Assembly: GCA_965285935.1 (NCBI GenBank)
Contig: OZ260662.1
Coordinates: forward strand, 6,076,001-6,140,000
Source: Ophelia neglecta
Lineage: Eukaryota
Length of the DNA stretch: 64,000 bases
Direction: 5' to 3'
Position numbers and translations under genes: made by a program. The number at the start of each line of letters is the position of its first letter. The first letter of the stretch is position 1. A model generated the notes under the pieces. That model was not told the origin of the DNA. It was given only the letters and a program-made list of their open reading frames with translations, and ran no database searches. Shown in pieces: positions 11,352 through 22,700 of this stretch.

Positions 11352-14002
11352 TGGAAATTAAGACCGAGGAGCGAGTTGAAAAAGCCAGGGCAAGGAAAAA
11401 CGAATGATTCTTAAAATACAAGAAGGAAAATGATCTACCTCGTTGAAAAAATAGTTTTCATTTAGTCTCTGGCTTGTAATTATATAATCATGGGAAGCCC
11501 ATTGGGATATACTTGCAATAACGGGAACTTCCCGACCTGTAGCCAATGTCAACTGTGCAAAACGCTCTTTTTTTTAAACTCGCTCCTCGACTTTTCATAT
11601 CGCCCCTCGCCTTTTCCAACGCGCTCCTCGCCACTCGACCGATTTAAACACTCCACCTTGAGTAGACAGGCGCTAGCATCTCATGCTATACTACCCTGCA
11701 CGTGCTGCCTAAATGCTTCCGGCTATCATGACCAAACTTTAGGGAAAGATTAAGTGCCCTGCTCTCCGATAGGGGATATGCACACCCCGTCATTTGACTT
11801 GGCACACATGCTGGGGTTTAAAGACAATGTTATGATTAAATGTACAACTTTGATCTGTGGTATTTAATCAAGGCAAGAAAATATTACAAGACAGCGTGAA
11901 CATCATAAGGTTAACATTGATAATGTACTGTGACATTTGCCTGTCGTTTCATCAAGTTCGGGAACGACAAGGAAGGCACTGCCAGTCTGACTACAGAGCT
12001 TCTCAAATTTAAAAAATGGTGGCGGTTAGCAGTTGATAAACAAGTATTGTCTGTTTGTTTGACTTTCTCTTTGGACACAGTCCATTAATTTATCTGAGTT
12101 TACATAGGCTTTCAGCCTAAACCAACAGAAAGTCCGCCCAAAAGATGATAAGTGGCCTATTTGGAGCAGCAGTATAAAACAGTGATTTTCCAGTAGATGA
12201 GCTTGTGTGTTCAGGAGTTTAGGACCATGAGTCTTAAGATAATATCATATAAAAGGCACGGGGAGTTCTCCATGGACAAGAATTGACTATCTCCCAGCGA
12301 TGAGTGATATTTAAACTAGCCCCATGTGTCCTATTATACGTATGTTATGTTAGTCAAAGCTCGTGTCTCGTGATACACAATGAAGTTAACTGGCTATCGA
12401 GTACCTGATTACCCAATCATTGTTATACCTGCGTAACCAGGTGTGGCTAATTATCTAACGAGCTTATCTCGGGTGTAAAATTGCCTAACTATTATCTACT
12501 GTCCGTGCCCAATTGTCAACAATGTCAGGCAAGTGCTGTTTTGTTGCAGATATTTTTACACAATTTTCTGGTCAATTGTTAGAAGAGAATGAGATGATTA
12601 TTCCCTCTTGGTCTTAAGTGGTGACCGTCTTTGCCCCACGCGGTGACGTCCGATGATAGAACATCAAGGCGCATGCAGTCAATTTCGCATCTTGTTATAT
12701 GTTTGTTGTCTCCATATAAAGTTTCTTGTGCCTCAGCATCCATAAAAGATTTCGCTTCTTCTTTATCGTAGACTCCAAACACTTATAAGCAATTCCCGTA
12801 TTAGAGGTGTATCAGCGAATGCTCCCGTGCTGCCGGCACTGCCCTGGACAAGCGCTGTGTGCCGGAATCTGTAGTTATTTATACCGAGCACAGGCGCCGC
12901 AGCACTGGAGCACTGGCGGCACTGCATCTATCTGATATGTATGTAGCTTGATGGAGTTCATTAGCAGATAAAAAAGACATAATCAACAGTCTGAGAGCTT
13001 TTTAAAGAAACCCTGCATAAATCTGTCTAAATGGGAAGCTGAACGCACAAAACAACAAAACGTGCGGCGGTTCCGTGGCCTTAGAGCGACAAATGCCAAG
13101 ACACACTTTTTATTTAAGAACAACATAGTATAAAGAAGGGTAGAATGTTGGGTGAGAAAAACAAGAACACGTGACTATACTAAGATTCAGATAGCCTCAA
13201 GAGACCCAATCAATCATGATGTTACGTTGGACAGTGCATGAGGTCCATTTACCGCGGTCATGTACTGTTTTGACTTTCCTCTACAAGCCGCTGCACTTAA
13301 CATATTCAAGGGAAACAGATCAACTTACACGACACCCGATCTAGCATTAACTTTAAACTAACACCACCCGAGGTCTGGCCCTTTTTGCGGTTCCTTTGCA
13401 ATTAAGTTTAAGCTCGGGAAATCAAAACAGGTGTTCATTTAATATGAATTGGCCACACGACTGAAACCCACGGCCAGTCCGACACCCCCTTCCGTTTGTT
13501 CTCCAGGTGTTTAATGGCGGATATGACCACGGCTATTCACTCCCTATTCATAGGCTAAAGTCCGAGTTAATTGTCTAGTTCCGTCCATTAGGGCTAAGTA
13601 TTATTAATCCTCTTGGAGGGCGGACGTTTTTTTTAACGTTAATTGGTTTAAGACTAAAATCAAGTATGGGTACCTCATATACAATATAAATGACAGTTAA
13701 GGAGTCGACCCTGAGCGTGGTGCTACGGTCCCTCTGACGTATTATGATTGGAGACACTCGTGGTTATAAGCCGACATCCCTTCCACCCGACTTAAGAGAT
13801 CTTTAGCGGCCTATTTCATTTGTCAATGGCCCCAAGCAGTGTTTACTAAGGGCTGTAGTCTCCTAAAGAAGAGGTGCAAGTGTGAATTTTGCTCGCGGGG
13901 CACTGTTTGACAAGACACCTCTCTTTAAAACACTTGATAAGCACAGGCAAAACACAAATACGTCTTTGAAACAAGCAGCTAGACAAGAGTCCTCATAGGG
14001 GA

Positions 14003-14631
14003 TCTGACGTCATTGGTGTGAGGAGAGGCTCTGACGTCATTGGTGTGAGGAGAGGCTCTGACGTCATTGGTGTGAGGAGAGGCTCTGACGTCATTGGTAT
14101 GAGGAGAGGCTCCGACGTCTTTGACGTGAACTCCAGAGTTCTCTGACGTCTTTGACGTGACCTCCAGAGTGACCTCCAGAGTTCTCTGACGTCTTTGACG
14201 TGACCTCCAGAGTTCTCTGACGTCTTTGACGTGAGCTCCAGAGGAGTTCTCTGACGTCTTTGACGTGACCTCCAGAGTTCTCTACGTCTTTGACGTGACC
14301 TCCAGAGTTCTCTGACGTCTTTGACGTAAACTCCCGAGTTCTCTGACGTCTTTGACGTGAACTCCAGAGTTCTCTGACGTCTTTGACGTGACCGCCAGAG
14401 TTCTCTTACGCCTTTGACGTGACCTCCAGAGTTCTCTGACGTCTTTGACGTGACCTCCAGAGTTCTCTACGTCTTTGACGTGACCTCCAGAGTTCTCTAT
14501 GTCTTCGACGTGACCTCCAGAGTTCTCTGACGTCTTTGACGTAACTTCCAGAGTTTTCTGACGTCTTTGACGTGACCTCCAGAGTTTTCTGACGTCTTTG
14601 ACGTGACCTCCAGAGTTCTCTGACGTCTTTG
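14003..14631. repeat. Compound minisatellite: 27-bp x4 then 31-bp x~17
   Basis: Units CTCTGACGTCATTGGTGTGAGGAGAGG and CTCTGACGTCTTTGACGTGACCTCCAGAGTT. Confidence 0.95.
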
Positions 14632-15291
14632 AAGGACAAAGCAGACACTCTGTCGCCTTTAACGTTACAACCAAAGGCTTTAACGCATTTGACATTTCAA
14701 CTGTGAACCGCCCGATGCACAGGCAGCTGCTAGCGTGAGTTTGGGATAAGAAAAGAAGACGCCAATCTTACAACTCCTTAACGGGCTCATCCAATGAAAT
14801 CGTCCTTGGTAGGACTTTAGGAAAGAGGACCAGGAAGTCAGAACCCCTAACCCCCCCCCCCCCTCCCTCCCCAGGCCCCACTGCCTTCCCCAGTCCCTCA
14901 GAATGTGGATGAAGGGCTAGGAGGACTTAACATATATACACAGTTGAGAAAAAGAGATAAGAACACCATGTAATGATTTATCTGGAGGGAGCGAGGCATA
15001 ATAACATGGTATGGTGGGAGTTAAGGGGAATAGTTTCCTTCAAGATTTGTCGCAAATCACCGACCTTTGGCCTTGGAGTCATTCTAGATCCTTTATGAAT
15101 TCACTAAACAGGTGAGCGTTGGAGATTAATCACGGCCTGTGGGCAGATATCACATTGTGAAGGTCTATAAGGGGATAAAGATTATTATTATATCAGTCAT
15201 TAGGCCGGCTGTGTCCTTGGCCTTTTTTGTATTAAGGTGATAACTACGTCTGATTAATAGTATCCAAACACATTGAGCATATATATATATA

Positions 15292-15469
15292 CAGTGAAAC
15301 CTGCCTTAAAGACCATCTCTATAATCGGACCACCTGCCAATTCAGACCACTAATATAATGACCATTGTATACACTTTCAGTGTAAAATAACCTGTGTAAA
15401 CAGACCACCTCTATAATCAGACCAGTATTTGCCAGTCCCATGGTTGGCTTTAATTCACAGGTTTCACTG
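15292..15469. mobile_element. CAGTGAAACC-family MITE
   Basis: Perfect 12-bp TIRs, TA TSD. Confidence 0.9.
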
Positions 15470-15671
15470 TATATATCCCATCGCCTTCCGCCTATCAGTA
15501 TCTTAAAATTTTATGTATGAAAGTTGGACTAAGCGTAGAAATAAACCCCCTAGAAGTATTCCCAGACCCCCCTCATTATATATGACTTAAATGAGTATTT
15601 TCTGTTGTTTTTAAGTTGCATGGCACCATTGGTATAAGAGTGACAAATATGCTGCTATTATAAAGCAAGTC

Positions 15672-15677
15672 TTTATT
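15672..15677 (-). terminator. Candidate polyadenylation signal AATAAA of the RhoGEF gene
   Basis: TTTATT on the + strand ~0.9 kb past the stop, in an AT-rich 3' UTR-like region. An alternative lies near 15935. Confidence 0.4.
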
Positions 15678-16587
15678 ACGAAAAGACATGAAAATTCACG
15701 TGATAATCAGAATATCAAAATGCGTTTGCACTATACAACATGTATTTATGCTTGTACAATTGAAGTAGGAAATGTTCCTATAATATGAAGTTAATTTTTC
15801 ACATATATTAAGTTGTGTAATTTTGTTTCCATTACTTCACGTGCAATTATACTGTCTTGAATTGTTATGACCAATAAGTCGTGAGGCATCTTAGTGATAG
15901 TTATTTCACAAAACTGGTATATGTTTGTACACTTTTATTGTTTGATTTATAGTTATGATAATGTTCTATTCTAAATTCACCGAAACAAAGCAGATCCATC
16001 AAGTGAAACGAGTAATCGTGTTTAAGTATTACTTGTGGTTATTCCTAAGTTAAAAGTATTTACTCTTCCATGCCCTTCTTCATATTAGGACATTTTTCAA
16101 AACTTGTAAACAATAAAGATACATTTGTTTATGGTAACGTAGACACACACTTTCACACACACCTTCACACGCACCTTCACACCCACCATCACACACACAC
16201 ATAAGCACACACATATTTATATATACATCTATGTACATCAAATAGTATTCTTTGATTGGAGTCTTTCGTTGCCAATTCGATAAATAAACAATATAATTTT
16301 AGTTAACAATATATACATATCACAGGTATTCTAAATAAAATATTATGCCAGTGACAGCAAACATGAATACGCATTTGACTAGGTTATGACAAACTATGTT
16401 AGTCATAAGGCCGGTTGCGTCCTTGATGTCTTTGATATGATGTTTACGGTTGTGTCCTTGATGTCTTTGATATTAAATTAGCGGGTGTGGTTCCCTCAGA
16501 CTAAGTTGTCTGTCATCCTCGTCATTTCTTCGTGTTGAACCTGGCTACAACCTTAGACAAACTCGTCTGGTGCTTCCCATTTCGCCC

Positions 16588-16784
16588 TCAGACAAAGTTG
16601 CCCGCCTGCCTCGCCATGTCTTCCTGCTGCACCTTGCAGGACGAGACCCTCTGCTCCAGAATGTTTGTCCACGTGCATTTCTGTTCATCGGAGGGCGCCC
16701 TCAGGGTAACGAGACGGGAGGCGTTGTAGGGACAGCTGTTGATGTGAGGGCTGCGGCAGTCGACCAACAAACTGAACTCACATG
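16588..16784 (-). CDS. Last coding exon: PH C-terminal helix (LRAPSDEQKCTWTNILE) to stop
   Basis: LxAxSxxxKxxW PH motif. Acceptor TTTCCAG|CA, TGA at 16588-16590. Confidence 0.9.
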
Positions 16785-19700
16785 CTGGAAATAAAATGAT
16801 TACTGTTAGAATGGTAGACTGCATTTACATAAATAAGTACATCTGGTGTATATACACAGTATATATAATTTGCCACCAGGAGAAGAATCTATGATTATAT
16901 TTTCGGACTTTATATATTGGATAACGTACCATTTATGCGAGATGATTCAACAGATATGATATTATGAAGTAAAATGGGATCTTCCTGCATAGTAAGATAC
17001 TCGTCATCCGTGATCTTGGTAAGTAGCAGAAGGTCACTCATCATTACAACCCATAGCTGGAAAAATAACAATTTTAAATCATATGTTTTAAAACATCAAA
17101 TACGTAGTTAACTTTTAACTATTCTTTTAAACAATCAAAATAGAAAACAGTATTTAATACGGACCATTATAAATATAATAAATTGTACTATATTTTAATT
17201 GTGTGCTACCTATAAGCTAAGTAAAATGCATCCCCTTGTTTTATTAAAAGGAATTTCTGTTGCTTGACTTACATTAGAGACTACTGCTCCGTCGACGGTC
17301 TGTAGGGCCCCCGAGTATATCATGTGACGAGACGGAGTGGCCAGCTGGTACGTCACAGTGTCGTCCTTGTACACCAGGCGGCTCTGAACATCCAGTACCT
17401 CCAGGTCTATACTACTAATGCTCATAGCTGATTGGCTGGATGTTGTCACGTGGCTAAGTGATGTCAGTCTTGATTGGCTCGAGTGAGAAGATGTCCCTGA
17501 TTGGCTCGATTGAGATACGGCTCCAGACTGGACAGCATGCTTAGGGGATCCTTGTTGGTTAGAGCCATTAGTATTGTTGGAGTGGTTTGAATATGCCGAC
17601 CTTGCCCTATCTGGTGACATTGAGTTTTGCATTGACCTTGAAGCATTCATCGAGGACACTATAGACAGAGTGCTCTGTGACCTTCTCATGTTGTTTTCAT
17701 TTATTCTGTTACATGCGTTCCTGAATGCTGAAATGTAATGTTTAATTGTTAAAATCTTAAATACTATTTCCAAGCTATGGATATTTCATTTAGCATATTT
17801 TGTAGATTTCTGTGACGTTCCAGATCAAATTCTGAACAAAAGCATGATTTGTCAATAGGTAGTGCTATACGTTCTGTAATATATGGAACAAAAATAAAGC
17901 AGAGAATCTGAATGCCGTTTAAAACCAGTCTTCATAAATCGCAAATTTTCAATTAGGTGACCTAGGTTATCAAGAAATTATTGTCAGAAGACATGACATT
18001 CATACAAAGAGAGGCAATGCATTTTGAAAACCCCTTCCATCATAATTTTGTTACTTACTGTTGACAGTGTAAGCGAGGTCCTGGTAGTCGTGATGTTGGA
18101 GGGGTGTGGTGGCCAGAATCTGTTGTAACACTACTAACAGGTCCTTGGCATACTGAGGGAGAAAAAGTCAAATTTATATTTCAATCTGAAAAAACGTGAT
18201 TTTTTTGTACTTAGATTATAGTTAGTTTCATTCGCTTACATTTTTATACCCATTAAATGATGTCAATCTGAGAATAGAAGTAAGCACTTAATGTGATTTT
18301 ACCAAGTAAATATATAAGGCCTGGACTTTGTTTTGATGTTGATCGAAACACAAGCAAGAACTTTACAGAAATATGGTAACAATGTGACGTCTAAAGAGAG
18401 TCTTTCATACCTCCAGAGGTTTCTGAATGAAACCAGCGATGGTCGACTGTCCATATTCGAGCATTGCATTCTGGGTAAACTGGTCAAACTCCGGGACGGC
18501 TTTCAGCTCCTTTAGCAGTCGGAAGGAGCTCTTAATACCGTTACAGTACGACTCGTAGGAATCAGCCATCAGAGAGACCTGGGGAGGGACAGGTGAATTA
18601 TGGTTAAATAACAGTGTAACAAATCTGCTACAAGAGCACCCTGGTGAAGTACAGAGGAAGAGGGTCCATCATTTCAGGATTTTAGCTACGAGACATGACA
18701 ATTCAACCTAAACTAAAGGTATAGTGGAGGTAGGAACTGAGGTCTAAAGCCCTGCAGTTGTGACATCCATGGTAAGTTACGATTACGGAGAAACGGATCC
18801 TTACGTTTGGCTGGCACACCCCTCCGACCAGGTCGATGTATCTGTCAGGAGTATTGCCTCTGTCGGAGTACGCCACGCTGTTCTCTGACAACTGGTGGAC
18901 TAAATTGTCGGACAGAGTCACCAACTGTAATATAAGTGGTAACATGTTACAGGTGATTATGGTACTGTGTATGGTTAACTACATTGTTATGCAGCCTTGA
19001 TTTTTCAACATTTAAAAACAAATTGAAAGTGCACAGGACACTGGTATAGGGGTGTACAACTATTATCCCTACCTGTTCCATATTCTGAAAAAGCGTCTTG
19101 TGTTCGGCGGGAGAGATGATACAGTGGCGGAGCGGGTGAGAGTAGCGTTGGATCCCAAACAACATCTGTTTGACGTAATCCTCAGTCAGTCTCAGCAGCT
19201 TTTGTACGGAGTCCTGTCTCTCTACCTCCTGACTGCTTAGGTCCTAGAGACAGAGAGTTAAACATGGGTAAATATAGGGTTAACAAGGGATAAACTGGCT
19301 ACTGAGGGCCAGGAGTCCTGTCTCTCTACCTCCTGGCTGCTCAGGTCCTTGGATACAGAGAGAAAAACTGGGAAAAGCTGACTACTCAGGGACAGGAGAC
19401 CGAGGGTTAAACCAAGGTATATTTAGGGTTTAAAGCAGATAAACTTGCTACTTAGGGCCAGGCGACAAAGGGTTAAACTGCAAAGAAGGTAAAATTGATG
19501 GTGTAAAAAATATAAAAGGCATGTTACCTGTCTGGCCGGTGGCCCCGCCGTCGCCACACGATTGGCTGCTCGTCTCCTTACTACGTCAATCCCGCTCTCC
19601 TGATACGATTCTCGCTGACTCAGCACCTCCTGCAGTGGCTCCCCCTTCCCTATCAGACTTCGACACTGGGCTGTGATTGGCTGCTGGGTGTACTCATCAT

Positions 19701-22700
19701 ACTCGTTGATTGGCTGCAGCGGTTTCCGGGAAAACAGTGGTGTGGAGGTTATGACCTCTGAAGGTCGGTTGAGGTCATTAGAATTCGAGATATCCGAAGG
19801 TCGGTAGATGTCAAGGATGATCTGTTTCTCAGATTGTCTGGAAAAGTAAACGTACGTCATTAATATAGGCATTCTTTTGATTATCATTGAAATATATATA
19901 TCCTTAGATTGCATTTTGCTATAAACAGTAAATCCTTAAAGGAAATATGACAGAATCAATATAGTATCGGACATTTTCTCCGAAACTAATTACTAAATAT
20001 ATGTATATATATAAGTATCATTTCCTCACTTGACTATTTTAGCGATGCTGTCGGCCATACTGCGAGAAACGTTCTGGCCGTTGATACGAATGATACAGTC
20101 GTTCCTCTGTAACCCGGCAACGGCGCCTGGCGACCCGTCCTTCACGTGACCTACTTTCACAGGGCTGCTCCCCAACACCGTAAAACCGTAACCATGGCGA
20201 CCTCGCTTGACAACAACCTGGAAAATGTGCAATGGAAGATATTAAATATCTGTACAGTAAATGCAACACACGTTTGCAAAAATATAAACTTCGTTGTTAC
20301 TATATGGGTGTAGGAAATGTGCTTCAGAGCCTTGGTGCTCTCAGAAAAATCAAAAGGGTCTTCGAATTCGAGGTTTGGACATACTTGCGAAATTTGCAGT
20401 ACAAAAAGGGCTGGCATAACAAAGATTTTACGGTTAATGGCCAAATTCGACCGACCAAAATAGACCTCCTCCAGCCTGAGGACAACAAATAAAATGCCCC
20501 CTCCCCCCATAAAAGGCCTAAACCCCTTTACATAAATTTCACACCCCACCTGAAAATAATTAGAACATATCCCTAAAGCTTATATAAATATATACAAGAG
20601 TCCATGTTGCAATACTGCAGTAACACTAACCGTGGCGGAGTCCATCCAGAGACAGTCCTGGTTGATTTCTGGGATGTTCTTCTGGGCTGTAACAGAAAAC
20701 ATTATCTAATTACAAACCAACCTCTGATTACAAAACATCATCTGATTACAAAACATCCTCTGATTACAATACATCATCTGATTATCAAACATCAACATAT
20801 CTTCTGATTATCAAACATCAACATATCTTCTGATTACAAAACATCATCTGATTACAAAACATCATCTGATTACAAAACATCAGCTGATTGTAAAACATCC
20901 TTAAATTAGAATTTCGTGTGTTTGCTTTCTTTAAAGACCGTTTCATTAATAAATCTGCCAAAAGCATTTCCCATGCTGCAAGTAAGACATGAAACAAAAG
21001 AGTATTCTCCCAGAATGCCTTCCAGGGGAAGTTGTTATAATTCGGACTGATTAAGGTGCAAGCTGAGGAATTAAACTAACCAAATATGCCCTGAGGTCTG
21101 GGTTTAAATCTGTCACAACTCATACCATGGCTTGATAATTATAAGTGAAAGCACTTCATGCCCAGAGATCGGGGAAACACTAACTTCAGGGTTATTAGTG
21201 AAACTAGCTAATGACTAACTAACTGGAGCTTAACAGACCAACTTACTGGGGCTAATTAACTATCAAAGTCAATTGACTTAACGAGGTTAGGACAATTACA
21301 ATGTAACCCGCTTTATAATGTATTCCGATCAGATGCATCCTTGGTCTAAGATTGCGGGCGGGGGAAGGGAGGAAGACAAAACCCCTCCCAAAGCTCCTCA
21401 GTTACCAATATGTTACTCTAGGTTATCGTGTCATGGGTCCCTGACTGCTGGGTGGGGCGCACAATGATTTGTACCTACTCAGGTGTCACCCAGACACTGT
21501 TATCTGTGCCCTGTCCGGAAATCACTTCCGTTTTTCACCTGTCAGGTAACCTTTACCTAAGTGCTGCACATTTTGTCAACATAGACTAGCAAAGTCATAC
21601 ATGGTATGTAACCTTTGATATATACTGAGGCGAAGCTGACGAAGACAATTTAATTGCTCCCGACCAGGGCTGAATTATTTGTCCACCAGGGGTCAGTGCT
21701 GATTGATATGTCTCAACACATATCTCACCACACATCTGTTTTATGTTCCAAACCTGATTTGGTATGCAAAAGATGAAGGGGGCTGAAAGAGGGGCTGAAT
21801 ACGGTGTCAAAGTGATAAAGTACCTGATAGAATTCACAGCCAGAAGAAAGAAGAGGTGCTCCGAGAGGTGTGCTGTGTGATATGATCTTAGTGAGGGAGA
21901 TCTGTTAGATAGATAATTCATAAAAGGACTGGGAGTTTGTGTGGTGAGACGAGGATCTTAATTATAGAGTTTGAGAGGACTGAGGCCAGTTTGAGGGGGT
22001 GTAAAGGTAATTAGCGTTTGAACAGCGCTGATGAAAGGTGAGGGGACGTATAGATATCATAATAATCTAGGTAGTTGTGATAGGGTGGAGCGATGCTTCG
22101 TAGATAAGTCTTAAAGGTATTGTAGATTTGTCAAAGGGGAAGGCTGGCTTTTGTTATGGAAATACATGATTAGTTTTAACAGCTCATGGCAGAGATAATG
22201 TGTAAAGTAAGACTTATAAGTTTGAGTTTCCTTGGTTAATAGAGCTAATTAAAGATCTTTCACAAAGGTGAGAAAGGCTGAAGATCTGGTTAAACATTTG
22301 TGAAGGAATATATAATACAATAATTGCAGGGTTCTGACCTCCGACCTGGGGCTGGGAGACGACTGGGTTAGAGAAGCTTGGTATATCATATTTAGAGTTA
22401 TTGTAGACATCGCAAAGGCGCAGGCTCACTTTTCTAATGGTTAACAAATAATTATAGTTTTAACAGCCAATGAAATAAGCTGCCAATTAAGACTTAAACA
22501 TAATTGAGGGTTTTAAGATATTCGAACACGTTTCAAATTTCTTTAAATGATGCTAATTAACGATCTTTCACAAAGGTGAGTAAGGCGGAAGTTCTGGTTA
22601 AATATTTTGTAAATGGATATATAATATAATAATTAGAAGGTCCTGCCCTCCGAGTAAGGCTGGGAGAGGAACCACAGATGAAAGATATCACTAAGTCTCG

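Noticed and set aside
14282-14695. ORFs of 137 and 80 aa
   Set aside because: Products of the 31-bp repeat cycling through frames.
16496-16590. Stop-codon readthrough into the duplicated tail
   Set aside because: The offset is 92 nt, not a multiple of 3, so readthrough would not decode the second tail in frame.
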